Below are positions 1 to 12,609 of a stretch of DNA of 41,920 nucleotides, piece by piece. Numbering within the stretch: the first letter of the stretch is position 1; each line of letters opens with the position of its first letter. The DNA comes from Octopus bimaculoides (taxonomy: Eukaryota): assembly GCF_001194135.2 (NCBI RefSeq), contig NC_068982.1, positions 109,948,262 through 109,990,181 of the forward strand. The letters run 5' to 3'. Under the pieces are notes generated by a model, which saw nothing but the letters and a program-made list of their open reading frames with translations, searched no databases and was not told the DNA's origin. The position numbers and the translations under genes are program-made.

Positions 1-306
1 CTCCACCAATAATGGTGCTTACATACCGATGGGCTTGGTAAAAATTATTAATTATTAATTGATTTATTAATTAATAAATTGATAATCCTTTACCCTTTTA
101 ATTTGTAATAATTATTCACTCCCTGTTAGTATACGCAGATTCTCTGCGGTATCACTTGTCGCGCACATGGTAATTTCTTGAGGGACTGACAGTTAGACTG
201 GCTGACCGAGGTAGATTCGGTTATGCTTTCAGATCTGTGTCGGTGTGGAATGTTACTCGTTCATGCTTGCACAGTTTGCTAGCACAGTCGAATTTACTGC
301 TGGAAT

Positions 307-362
307 ACCGTATTGATGAAGGAAATTGAGTATCGCTCATAATCCAGAAACGCGTCTACAGT
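307..362 (+). ncRNA. Type I hammerhead-ribozyme-like motif (C3 mutated to U), probably in a Penelope-type pseudo-LTR remnant
   Basis: ACCGTA (stem I 5') - TTGATGA (core, 313-319) - imperfect stem II 320-346 - GAAA (347-350) - CGCG palindrome - TC - TACAGT (stem I 3', one mismatch explicable by CpG decay). Confidence 0.6.
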
Positions 363-1277
363 TAACCTTTGGAATGGTTAGTTTTCATTGTTTTTTCTTC
401 TTGTTCTTGCCTTTGTGAGTTACAAGTGATGCTATCTGTGGGATTCTCGGTTTTTTTAGCTGCTATTTCTGAACTTCGGTATATGGTGAAGCAAATATTT
501 GCTGATCCCTTAATTATGTTTATATATATATATATATATATTATTTCTGTATATTCTGTCTCTATAGAAAATTAAGATGAAGTCGTAGCTACGAATTTAT
601 ATTAAAAATAACAGACATATGCAGTATCTAAAAACCTGTTGCTTTTGATTTGGTGGGGAAATAATCGTATTTTCTGTATCTTAACAATATTTAATTATCA
701 TTTTCAAGACCATTCAAGTACACGGGCATACTAGTATGATACATACATGCACACAGGCGTGCGTGCGCATGTGTATGTGTGTATGTATGTATGTATGTAT
801 GTATGTATGTATGTATGCATGTATGTAGGTGATCTGTTACATACATAAATTGTGTATATGTTGGAAGGTTTTCTAAACTTCGCCGGTTTTCGTCGTGAGA
901 AAGTATCACTTACAGGCATATAGTGTTAAAAAAAGGATAGCAGCAGGCGGAGGTCGCCGTTCTGATAACTGGCAATATTTGTATTGATTAGTATTTAGAC
1001 ATTTTATTCGTTTCAGTACATATTTTGTTTAGATCCCGTTTTTATTTACTTTTAAAATCAGTTCCGGCTTCACATCCGTCATAAGTGCATTACTGTTTCT
1101 TTTGTACAATACACCAATGGAGAGAGGAGGACGTAAATAAAATATTAAAGAAATATTTCGATGATACACATGATAGTGTTTATGAAGGACCTTATATTTA
1201 ACTATTTAAACATATCTATTCATAGCAAGGAATGCACATACGTTTCGCGCGCGCGCAGACACACACACTCACATAAG

Positions 1278-1308
<31 letters not shown>

Positions 1309-1716
1309 TTGTGCTTTTCCGTTTCCTTCATAAATAGTAATATTTCTGATTATATCTCCTATTGACTGAAATTAATCAACGATACAAGAGGTATAAGTTG
1401 ATATATATTGCTCGTCCAGTCTTTATTCTTATTTTTCTTATTTTCCTGTATTTTTTTTAACTTGTTTTTATTTTAGGTCAAGAAGGAAGGCATTCCCCAT
1501 AACCTGTGACAGGGCCTTGAGATTGCTGTGAGAAAAGAATATATCGACAAACTGGAAACCTATCCTGAAAGCTTGCTACAAGGTTAAGTCTAACACTCAA
1601 GCAGGGGAAGGTGGTATTTGAATTCAGAACAAAAAGAACACAAAGGACGGGAATAACCACAGCTAGGTATCCAACCCGATGTTCATGCAGTTTCCCTAAT
1701 CCACATTTTTAGATTT

Positions 1717-1835
1717 GTTCCTTTTTATCGACCTCAAAAGGATGAAAAAAACTTGACTTCCGTGGTATTTGAATTCAGAATGTAAAGAGTCGGATGTAAA
1801 CACTACGACGTATTCTGTTCGACGCTCTAAAGACA
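1717..1835 (-). mobile_element. Degraded SINE-B copy
   Basis: TTTTATCGACC..AAAGGATGAAA..TTTGAATTCAGAATGTAAAGA aligns with the copies at 12610-12733 and 31747-32352; a 19-nt fragment is repeated at 1611-1629. Confidence 0.7.
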
Positions 1836-2685
1836 CTTCTAATTCTTTTTATTACACTAACTGTTTAACACCGTCTCTCTAAGAAAACATAAAATAAGCC
1901 CTACCATTAACAATACATTTGCCGTCTATGAAATACTTTGTTGGTTTATAGAAGTGGGATGCATTTCTTAATGATACTTATTAACTTCTTGATTATAATG
2001 ACCAAGAAGTATTTAATGCCTTTGTCAGTAACACAGCACAGCGCCCAAAGGCTGAACTCTCTACAGTTTTCCTAATTTACTTCCACCTGCCAAAACCTGT
2101 GTGCTCTTGTCTCATTCCATTAAAGGATAACACGCGTGGGTGTCCATATAAATTAAACGAAACTAGCATTATTAACAAAGCTAATTAGCATCAACCTTTT
2201 TCCAAATAACTCAGAAACACAACAAATTTCTAAACCATTTTACTCATATGCCAAGTAGTTGAGTGTGTAGGATTAAATAAATCTATTGTAGCGTTCATCT
2301 AGAGCAAAAACGTAAAAAATATTCCCGTTAATACAAGATAAGATAGTACTCAGTAGCCGATTCTTAAATGGGTTTCATGACTTTTTACTCCAATGGTATT
2401 TGTTCAATGAACATTGTAGAAGCTAATGGATAAGTTTTGGGGGTAATAATTTGCAAACTATACGTAAATTGAGATATTAAGTTTTATCCAAAGAATATAT
2501 TCTTTAAAACTACAGGAGAAAAATAGAGAAAATGCGGAAACTTATTCGTGAAAGTGCTTTCATTGTAATTCGGAGAATATGCTTTGGGCATCTTCGTGTT
2601 GTAATATCATCGGCACCATCATCTTCATAATTACCATCACTGCCCACAGCAGCAGCACCAGAAGTAGCAACATCAGTAGCTACAG

Positions 2686-2837
2686 CATCGTCGTCGTCGT
2701 CGTCGAGGCCGTCATCACCACCACCACCACCACCATTATCATCATTACAATCATCACATCAACATCATCATACTCACCTCCACCACAGCATCACTACTAC
2801 TGTCATCATCATCATCATTATCATCATCATCATCATT

Positions 2838-2876
<39 letters not shown>
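2686..2876. repeat. Compound trinucleotide microsatellite (CGT/CAC/CAT)n
   Basis: Direct reading; produces the poly-His and poly-Met pseudo-ORFs. Confidence 0.95.
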
Positions 2877-3191
2877 GTTTTAATCCTCGTCGTTGTTATT
2901 GCTGTTTCATTTTTGCTGAATTCGTTGATGTTGAAACTTAAGGTGATGATGTTCATTGTGACGATATTGTTGATATTGCCTTTGGTCCTGTTGATCTTAT
3001 AGGTGTTTTGGGTAATATTTTACTTATTTTATCCTTATTCTTTTTCTATTTAATCATTCCTAACGATTCTAATATTTCTCGAGGAGCTACGTAAATACTC
3101 CGCGTCGTATCTGCAAACGGCACTCACTAATGAGAAGAAACCAAATGGAATCAACAGAAAACCATAAATAACACGCAATCATTAAGGGAGC

Positions 3192-3193
<2 letters not shown>

Positions 3194-3247
<54 letters not shown>

Positions 3248-3263
3248 ACACACACACACACAC
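3194..3263. repeat. (GT)n followed by (AC)n microsatellite
   Basis: Direct reading. Confidence 0.95.
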
Positions 3264-3265
3264 AA

Positions 3266-3670
3266 AGACGTGATTGTGTGGTAAGAAGCTTGCTTCCCAA
3301 CCACATGGTTCCGAGTTCAGTCCCATTGTGTGGCAACTTGGGCAAGTGTCTCCTACTATAGCCTCGGGCCGACCAAAGCCTTGTGAATGGATTTGGTAGA
3401 CGGAAACTGAATGAAGCCTGTCGTACATGTGTATGTGTGTGTGTCTGTGTGTCTGTGTGTCTGTGTGTGCATTTGTGCATCTGTGTTTGTACCCCTGCCA
3501 TCGCTTGGAAACCGATATTGGTGTGTTTACGTCCCCGTAAGGTAGCGGTTCGTCAAAAGAGACCGATAGAATAAGTACTAGGCTTACAAAGAATAAGTCC
3601 TGGGTTCGATTTGTTCGACTAAACGTACTGCTCTAGCATGGCTACAGTCAAATGACTGAAACAAGTAAAA

Positions 3671-3672
<2 letters not shown>
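3266..3672 (+). mobile_element. SINE-A, near full length (tRNA-like head, internal microsatellite, AAAAGA tail)
   Basis: Collinear with 14896-15289 over ~400 nt; Pol III B-box-like AGTTCAGTCCC. Confidence 0.9.
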
Positions 3673-3705
<33 letters not shown>

Positions 3706-3799
3706 CATATACATATATATATGTTTATAATATTTATAATATATATATATATATATATATATAAATATATATATGTATATATATATATATACATACATA

Positions 3800-3858
<59 letters not shown>

Positions 3859-3875
3859 ATATGTATATGTATGTA
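3673..3875. repeat. (AT)n-rich microsatellite
   Basis: Direct reading. Confidence 0.95.
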
Positions 3876-4415
3876 GGCAGATAGGTACGTAAGTATGTAG
3901 GTATTTGTATGTATGTCTTTTACACATTCTCACACATTCTATACGCATACATACGCATACACATGTATACTTGCTAGATACATTTGACAGTATATGTGCA
4001 TACATGCATGCACACATATGTTCATACATATAAAATGCATACATACTTGCGTATACACATGCGAATAAATGCAATTTAGAGGTAGAAAAATACTAAATGG
4101 TAAACATTATTAAAGACATTTGAACATGTTTCCCAAGAATTAATTATGCTTGAAATGAAGATGTAAGTTTGAACAAATTCCTGGCTTTGTATTTATTAAT
4201 TTCATGAGATGCAAACTTGTAAATCCAACCCCAAACATACAACACTTGGCTTGTTGGAGCAAGTTGATGATACAGCCAGGAGGCATTGCTGCTTCACTTC
4301 GCCTTTCAACATTCATTACATTCATTCTCTTTGCTACCTTCTCTTTTCTTCGCTTTCAATATCATTTTCTCTCCTTCTTTCTATTCTTTTACTTTTCATT
4401 TTTTACTCTCACTCC

Positions 4416-4418
<3 letters not shown>

Positions 4419-4503
<85 letters not shown>

Positions 4504-4513
4504 CGCTCTCTCT
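4419..4513. repeat. (CT)n tract inside a long pyrimidine-rich region
   Basis: Direct reading. Confidence 0.95.
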
Positions 4514-5216
4514 CGTCGCGTTTTACTTACATTCCCTTTTATCATTTTAACTATTTTCATTCTGAACTCTTCCTTTTATGCGAAACTTTTTGTCTAACTT
4601 TCTTCTTCAATATTTTTATTATTTGTTCTCTTCCCGCTTTCTTTTTTCTTCACCTCTAACTTTCCCTTTTTCTTCCATTTTAACTTGCCTTTCTATACTT
4701 ATCTTATTGTTAAATACCTGTTTCACTCTTTGACATATATTAATTTCTGCTTTGGTTCTTTCATTAACATCATTTTCCATATTTTCCGTCTCTGTCCGCC
4801 GTCCTTCCCTTAACTCTTCTCTTATACTTTATGAATATATTTCTTCATTCATCATCATCTTTTTATTTTTAGTCTTTATTCGTCTTCCTATTCTTGAATT
4901 TCTTTCATATATTATATGCCTCGGTAGTATGTCGTCTTTCTCTTTCATTATTTACTCTGAGACTATTTCTTTGTGAGATCAGAAAAGGTTTTGTAGTTTA
5001 TAATAACATTTGTCTTTGCTGTCAGCAGGACTACGTTTCATTCTAAGTTATACTAGATGGTGAGGTGTGCACAGTATAGCAGCCAGAACATGTATCCAGT
5101 ACATTGCTCAGTTCAAACTGTTTCGAATACTTTGTCATTAATACAGTGTAGATCTTAGAAAGACACACACGAGCACATATTTAAATACAGACAGACAAAC
5201 ACCCACATATAGATAT

Positions 5217-5356
5217 AGGGAGAGAGACAGACAGCCAGACAAACAGACAGAGACAGACAGAGACAGAGACAGACAGAAAGTGAGTGAGTGAGTGAGTGAG
5301 TGAGTGAGTGAGTGAGTGAGTGACTGAGTGAATGAGTGAGTGAGTGAGTGAGTGAG
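5217..5356. repeat. (GACA)n/(GTGA)n microsatellites
   Basis: Direct reading. Confidence 0.9.
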
Positions 5357-5459
5357 AGAAACGGTGATTAATTATGTACTGAAAGGGTATATAAGAACCG
5401 AAACAGTTTGACAAAAGAAAGAAAGAAAGAAAGAAAGAAAAGATGAAATGGATACAAAC

Positions 5460-5705
5460 CTTGGTTAAGGAAACTGCAGCTTCGTTTCAGCGACAACCAT
5501 TCCGAGTCTGTTATTCGAAAACATGATTTATAATCTGTGTTTGTGTTGTGACCAACAGCTCGTATGACACGGTAAGAGATGTGCCCTTCTCTGGCATCAG
5601 TGGAATGTCTTAAGGCATAGAATTTGAGAAGGGGTGAGCCATCAGAAATCCATGGCTGTGTATGAACCCGATAGGTTGCCTGCGGGAAATACAAACAAAC
5701 ACATC
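5460..5705 (-). CDS. RET: RET-like receptor tyrosine kinase, coding exon 2 (cadherin-like domain 1)
   Basis: Acceptor tttattctttatttcAG and donor AAG|GTTTGT bound a stop-free 246-nt phase 1/phase 1 exon: (G)CVCLYFPQATYRVHTQPWISDGSPLLKFYALRHSTDAREGHISYRVIRAVGHNTNTDYKSCFRITDSEWLSLKRSCSFLNQ. LYFPQ..Y, G.PLL...ALR and L.L.RS match vertebrate RET CLD1 as recalled (LYFSRDAY, GTPLLYVHALR, LLYLNRS). No database search was run. Confidence 0.75.
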
Positions 5706-5837
5706 CTGAAATAAAGAATAAATTTTTTACATTAGTAAATCTGATCCTTATAGAATTTTGTCAAATATACTAATAATTATAACTATTATTATTTCTAACA
5801 TACAAATATGGAATTAAACTTTACGGCAAGAGTTTAG

Positions 5838-5935
5838 TGAACCCCAGTACTTGACTAGTACTTATTTTATCAGCCCCAGAAAAAATAAAGGTAAACTTGT
5901 CAATGGTGAGATTTGAACACAAAATGTAAAGACAG
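5838..5935 (-). mobile_element. Degraded SINE-B copy
   Basis: ACCCCAGTACTTGACTAGTACTTATTTTATC...ATTTGAACACAAAATGTAAAGAC aligns with the other SINE-B copies. Confidence 0.7.
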
Positions 5936-6276
5936 CCTTTCTAGCAGTGCTTGGCCGTTTCTACTAACTTTATGCAAGTGTATTGGTTGTATGGCCTTTT
6001 TCCGTTTTGACTAAGAAAGAAAAAATGAAATGAAAAATTAATTTCTTTCAAATACAGGTATCTTCCTATTTATACGAATGGAACACAGGTATTCCTGTTG
6101 CATGTGATTACAGAAATGTTTGCAGATACTTCGAAATAATAAAAAAAAAGCCATTTCGGGTAGCAAGTAGTTTTCTTGTTGAATATAAAGACCCTTGTTA
6201 TTTTAATCCGATGTAAAAAGGTTTACTGTTGCTATAGAAATGGTGTTGGTAAATTTATGAAAGTACCTCAAGATAC

Positions 6277-6323
<47 letters not shown>

Positions 6324-6939
6324 AGATCTATATATGCTTGCATAAAAGTGCCAGAAGCGTAAACGTCACTTGATTTACTTTAGTGTAACTTTAAAATAAA
6401 CCAATATAATTAGTAAAGTTGAAAATATTAACATGGTTTCTGAAATCTTTTGGGAAACTTCCTATGTTGCTCTTATTAAGCATGCCAAATGGCATCAGCG
6501 TATTAGAGCGGTTCCAATAAAAGACCATATTCATTAAACCTCTGCAACTCATAATAGGGTATATGTACACTGACCTCACCAAGAGACCACCTACACAATA
6601 AAATAATACGAACAATGAAAGACCACCATGATATGCGAGGGACACGTTCCTTACTTGCGACAATCAATGATCTCACCGTATGTCATCACTACTTCCCAAT
6701 ACTTAAGCACTTAAGCATATATACAATGCTGAGCAATACTTCAACACTATCAAATCGCTTTCTCTTCTTCTCGGCTCAGACATGGAAAACATATTCACAT
6801 AGAAATAACCGTTGCCTCAATGGTTCAAACACTCTGGGGTGTACACCACCAAAAATAAGTGTAGAGGCGTAGGCAAATGCCGCGCCCCAACCGAGTCTAC
6901 TTTCACTTCTTTTATTATTTTCTTGTTTCTATTGCAGCT

Positions 6940-7155
6940 CCCACTAGAATCTATGGGCGTATAAGAATAGAACGAACTGTAAAGACTGTCACGCTCCAGC
7001 CCATCCCTACCCTATGGACGAGAGTGGTATAATTCTCGGCTTAGAGAAGACATGGTATAACTGGGCAAAGAAATCCGTCGGCTGCTCCTCGTTGTGCGTG
7101 CCATAGAACTGTTCGATCAGAAATGATTGGGGATAGACAATAACAACAACAATAA
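6940..7155 (+). mobile_element. Possible retroposon 3' end with (CAA)n-like tail
   Basis: GC-richer segment ending GGGGATAGACAATAACAACAACAAT; family not determined. Confidence 0.3.
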
Positions 7156-9006
7156 AATCAACACTAATTATTATTTTTCTTTAGTGTATCCACGTTACTT
7201 AGCTGCACCAAATCATGGTCAGAGAAATATTTCAGAATGAATATCCTGATTGATAGAGAATTGTAACATCCACAAATGAAATTCAATGGTAAAGATTACT
7301 ACAATCTCCGGATGTATCTCGTGGTTCTTTCAAATTTTGTCTATTTTTTTATGCCCATTGATTTTAAACGTACAAAATGTTGTCATAGAAAAAACTGTTT
7401 CTATAGAAGGTATAGCACGGAGCCTTTTAAGCTCAACTCTATTCAGTGTCATATGATTTCTCAAATAAAAAGAACAAGTTTTCAGATTATTGAAAATATT
7501 TTGTTGTTCGTACTTTTTTCAATAGCATGAAGTGAAATAGTTCCAACCTGGAAATCAAACCGGCTTATTTGCCGTTTAATTTTAATCTACAACCTGTGTT
7601 ACCATGGTCTAAATAAATAATCTAAAGAAAATAGTAATTGGGAAAAATTGTTTAATCTGATTTCTTTAGACTCCGCTATTTTTCTATCCTCCAACACTTC
7701 TTTAGTAATAACCTATGAAGGATAAAAGCTTAAAGCCTCCTATTCAAATATTTATAAAGACAATATTTTCTTGTAGTAAAGTGGTGTGACGAGGATAGAA
7801 TCGAAATATAATTCCTTCAATTTGGAAGCTAAATATTTAACGAAAACTAATTCTTTAAACATTAATAGAAGCATATATTTGTTAGCTTCAACTTAGTTCA
7901 TTGCTAGAATCTTAAGAAGATTGAACCAAACGTGAAGAAATGACGGATTTAGTTGAAAGTACACGTTTTAAGCCAGTAGAAATCCTAAACAATATAAGGA
8001 TTAGATTAGAAGATAATCACTTTCGTTTTTTTTTATTTTAATACATATTTCATTATCTCCTTGAGAAAATATGTAAGAACAACTATGGACAGTGAAACGA
8101 CAATTACAAAAAAAATGAAATAGATTTGTGCACACAACTTTGAACTGCTGCAAATTGTAGAATGTTGCATTTGGTCAAAGGAATAATATCTCCTTTGTTT
8201 TACAATTTTATATATATTTCTATTTACTTTAAAACATTAGCTCCCATCTGCTATTATCTCAGCATAGTTTGACTGGCTGGAATAAAACGATGAGATTGGT
8301 TACCACAACAAACAAATATACAAATATAAATAGCTAAGAAGGGATCAGATAAAAAGTAAATATATAATGAGCAAAGAGAAAAAAAGGAGGAAACAAAAAA
8401 ATGGATAATGGAAAATTGAAAGAGGTAAACAGAAAGAATGAAAGTGAATGTTAAATAAATATGTAAAATTAGTGTAAGAGGTTGAGAAAGAAAAAGAAAA
8501 GAAATAATCTTTACAAATTTGCTTTGATATATTTTAGAATAATTTTCTACTTTTCCTTTGAAGAAAATCTAAAGCTTTTGGAAGACAACAAGGAAGTAAT
8601 TAATTAGAAAAATTCAAATAAAGTAATTCGTGAAGTTTTCTTTGATGCTTTTGTCTCATTCTTTGTTTCTCATCTATATCAACGATTCTATAATTTTATG
8701 AGTCATTTAAGAGTAATGGAATTTGAGATCCGATATACATCAGTTTCCCTCACTATTTTTTTTTTTTATCTATTTAGCATTGCATGCTCAACTAAGAGCA
8801 TGCTGTCCATTCTCAAACAGGTTTGTACAGGAGAGAACATGCATGAGTAGAATATTCCCGAAAGTGGGTAAAAGTGCATTATCTTCTTTCAATTAGTCAC
8901 ATAAATGACTCAAGGGCTGACGGGGTTTCACATATTGTACTCTGATGCCTGCAGTGCACGAAGCCCTCCACTCTTAGGTCACCTATGTAACATTACATTC
9001 CAAAAA

Positions 9007-9032
9007 TCTATCTATCAATCAATCTATCTATC

Positions 9033-9101
<69 letters not shown>
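9007..9101. repeat. (ATCT)n microsatellite
   Basis: Direct reading. Confidence 0.95.
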
Positions 9102-9102
<1 letters not shown>

Positions 9103-9220
9103 GAAAGCGACCGAGAGAGAATATATAACTTCTGACACATGATGTAGAAGAAATATGTGTGATCACACGTAATAGCTACAGGAGAGAGAGTAACTTACAG
9201 CAACTATTAAAATGAGTCGT

Positions 9221-9459
9221 AGGGACTGCTTCTACGTGTCTGTATATCCGTAAACTTGTTGGAGAGCACATTAATTACTTAGAGTAAGCTAATTCTATGT
9301 GGAATGCTTTGGGGGAGTCCTTTTCCTTCTAAGTCAATTTCATCCGATTCAGTACTATATTCATCTTCCGGTGTGGCTGCAAGCCACGAAACGATTCTGT
9401 CGGTTTATGCTTGTAATAAAGGTATAGTTCTCAGATCAGACGACTAGAGGCAGTCCCTG
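9221..9459. mobile_element. hAT-like MITE
   Basis: Imperfect 22-nt inverted termini AGGGACTGCTTCTACGTGTCTG / CAGACGACTAGAGGCAGTCCCT; flanking 8-mers TGAGTCGT (9213-9220) and TGAGGCAT (9460-9467) match 6/8. Confidence 0.55.
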
Positions 9460-9487
9460 TGAGGCATTTTCATAGTTTTTGTAAGCT

Positions 9488-9522
<35 letters not shown>

Positions 9523-10032
9523 CTCTTTCTCACTCTCTCTATCTTACTCCCTCTTCCTTCCCCCTCTCTCTATGCGTATGCAGACAGAATTAATGAAGTA
9601 AACACTCTTGAGATAATTTTCAAGCGAAACTAATTGAGACGTAAATCATTTTCTCCTGTAGAGAGCGCCTTGTGTCTTTATCACAGGATTTATATACATT
9701 GCAAGTCTAAATATATGCTTATTGTACTTATTAAAATGTATAATCAACATATCCATCATCTTTGTCGGCAATCTAACGGAGTCGAGGATGATTTTTCACA
9801 ATTTTTACCACTTAAGACCCTTGTATGACTAAATAGATCAATGCAGGATCCAGACACACGTTGTCATAATACTTTATTTTATATAATTATTCGTATGTAT
9901 TTGTTTGTAGGAAGCCCTTCAGAGCGAAGGATTCTATATTTTAAGAAATACGATTGAAACTTGCATGTACATCTGTCTCTCTTTTTCAGTCCATGAGCAT
10001 ATTGTATAGAAGTATTGTTTTCATCCATCGTA

Positions 10033-10267
10033 AACACAGTATTGGCTAATACTACTATAGATAGGTTCTATAGTACATTGTACAACGAATGCATCAGTAA
10101 GTTAATGTTCGAAATAGCTGCTAAGAATGCACTAAATATTCAAACTGATCTATCCGGTTCAATCTAATACTTGAATATTAGTGGCTTTATAAGCAGTATG
10201 TCTGTGGATATCTAAGGAGGACGGATAGTTGCTGAAGATAAGCCAGACTGGGATCGAAATGTGCATA
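10033..10267 (+). mobile_element. Possible Penelope-like 3' end (GIY-YIG C-terminus plus hammerhead core remnant)
   Basis: Frame 10033-10167 reads ..DRFYSTLYNECISKLMFEIAAKNALNIQTDLS (cf. PLE C-terminal FE....K...LNxQxD), followed by CTGAAGA (10232-10238) and GAAA-TGTGCA-TA (10256-10267). Confidence 0.35.
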
Positions 10268-10858
10268 TTCATAATTTCCCTCTTTTTCTCTTTACGGATA
10301 TATTGTATAGACATTGTGTTTACATCCAACGTAACAATCAGTGTTGGCTAACATTTATAGTAGATTGTTGTAATTTATACCCATATGCATATACCTACAT
10401 AGGAGAAAGTATAAATATCACAAGTTCTTTTTCATTACTCCTCTAATTCCAAGCGCAATAAATTATCATTCCGTGATTTTTATGTAACTCCTTTCTGTTG
10501 ATAAGATCTTTTCAGTAATAAGATCTTTTCAGGATTTTGATTTACAATTGCAAACTTAAGTGTCTTTGAGAAAATCTTGAAAATTTATTTCACCTTTTAG
10601 CTTGAAATTTCGTAACTGTGGAATAAAAGATTATTTATTTTCAATACTGACAATGTATTCGTAGTGGAGCAAAGCTAGGTAAGTTCTTTTTATGACAAGT
10701 CTGCAGCTTAAATTTGATTCGTTTATAGCTATTTCAAAGTGGCAGCTGACTAAATTTATTAGATACTAAATTTATTAGCTACTAGAGTGCTAACTGAAAC
10801 TTTATTGCACTGTTTCCTTTTTTAAATCTACTTAACTTTCAATGGTCTGTATCAGCTA

Positions 10859-10906
10859 GTTGAAAATGTTGAAAATGTTGAAAATGTTGAAAATGTTGAA
10901 AATGTT
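10859..10906. repeat. 9-bp minisatellite (GTTGAAAAT) x5.3
   Basis: Direct reading. Confidence 0.95.
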
Positions 10907-12290
10907 CATTACTTCGAGTAGCAGGAATAGCTAATCTTTAAAGAATTTCGTTAGATTACAAAAGTAAGTTCAATAGAACGGCAAGCAATGAAGTGAGTCA
11001 ATCTGGCTTGTTTAAACCTCACTGAAGGCATGACTTTCATGAACCTTTTTGCAGTGTAGTCGTATTCTTTACCCTGTTTTCCTCATCATTACTACAAGTG
11101 GGAGAAAAGTTTAATATCAACATCATACACCATTTTGCTCCATTTTTCGTTATTTTTCTTTTTTTTTTTTCCATTTAAATAAAACGGTTGTTTCTTCAGC
11201 TTAACCATCCTCATTATTTCCATATCATCTTTAGTAAGTAAAAACGCTAAAATATTTTACTCGGAACATTTTTACCTACCCTACCGCTCACAAAGAAGTG
11301 AGATAAACAGAGATATGAAGTATAAAGCTCATCAACTTATTGTAAAGTTTATTCCTTGTTTATAGCAGCGAAACTATTTAGAGTCTGATGCAGTGACAAT
11401 TTATTATATCAGAACTTTGTTTCACACTCCAAACATCGTCATGCTAAATGATTTTTTCAGCTTCTTTTTGTCACTATCTCATCCTCCTTATTTCCGACCT
11501 CAACTGATTTTGTCTCTTACTAGTGCATTCTTTGCTCTATCTTTATATGCCAGTTTAAATCAAATAATTCTTAACGCTCCTGTTTACCAATATATATCAT
11601 TGCCACAATTAGCATTACTAGATTCTATGCTAGACTTATATTTTTGTTTAATGTTGTCAATATGGTTCATTCCTTCTGCGTTAACATTAGCAATGTGATT
11701 CTGGTTATCATCTTCATTGTTTTAACCACCGTTATTGCCACCAAAATCAATATATTGTCAAACATCTCATTCAGCTTTAGTCAACTGTTAATATTTACAA
11801 AGCATGTTCACTGTTAAAGGTCTTATCACCACCGATATTGTTGCGTTATATATTCCTGTGGTCTTGATGAACTTATTAAAAAAAAAGTTAATTAAAACAT
11901 ATCGTTGAAGAAGACACATATAATAGAACGTCTTATTCCATTTGCTTCTCAAATTTAGATTACAGTGAAGATATTTAGTGGGGGGTTTATTTTTCAAGAG
12001 TCAATAATATATGCACCAGTCATATCCTAGCATTGATTCATCTGACTATATTCAAATCTTAAATAAATAGCCTTGTGTTTATACACAATATATTATTAAA
12101 GAAATAAAACAGTTTCAATAGAAAACTAAAGTAGTGAATCAGCTGGACTAACGTGAATACTAAAAGCAATAAAACGCGAAATAAACTGTTGCATTGTTCC
12201 CTTAAATAAAATCTTCACAAGCAATTCAACACATCGAAATCTCCTGTGAACCCTCCAGTGGATAAATCGGAACCGAGAATATTCACTTAG

Positions 12291-12348
12291 ACAGACAGAC
12301 AGGCGGGCAGGCAGACAGATAGACAGACAGACAGGCAGACAGACAGAC

Positions 12349-12424
<76 letters not shown>
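12291..12424. repeat. (GACA)n/(GATA)n microsatellite
   Basis: Direct reading. Confidence 0.95.
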
Positions 12425-12425
<1 letters not shown>

Positions 12426-12483
12426 TTGGAAAGTTTGTATAAACTAAAAAAGAAAAAAGAGCTAATGTTCTTTTGGATATAAA

Positions 12484-12609
12484 GGCGGCGAGCAGGCAGA
12501 ATCGTTAGCACGTCAGACAAATTGCTTAGCGGTATTGCATCTGTCTTTGCGTTCCACCGAATTCGACTTCGCCTTTCATCCTTTCGGGATCGATAAAATA
12601 AGTACCAGT
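12484..12609 (+). mobile_element. SINE-B copy (internally deleted, 3' truncated)
   Basis: tRNA-like head GGCGGCGAGCAGGCAGAATCGTTAGCACG then GCCTTTCATCCTTTCGGGATCGATAAAATAAGTACCAG. Confidence 0.85.

Noticed and set aside
914-1020. Minus-strand GTAAGT donor with upstream frame ..CQLSERRPPPAAILFLTLYA as RET exon 3
   Set aside because: The only nearby AG gives a stop in phase 1 and has no pyrimidine tract; similarity to RENRPP is too short.
1420-1600. Strong + strand acceptor (TTTTAG|GTCAAG at about 1476)
   Set aside because: All three frames hit stops before a credible donor.
2579-2941. 120-aa ORF with poly-His, and the many HT/YI/LS/CV-repeat ORFs in the track
   Set aside because: Translations of microsatellites or N gaps; no coding signal.
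6391-6663. LMPFGMLN resembling the Ty3/gypsy RT MPFG motif
   Set aside because: No YxDD or upstream DL..GY/KTAF motifs; a four-residue match is chance level.
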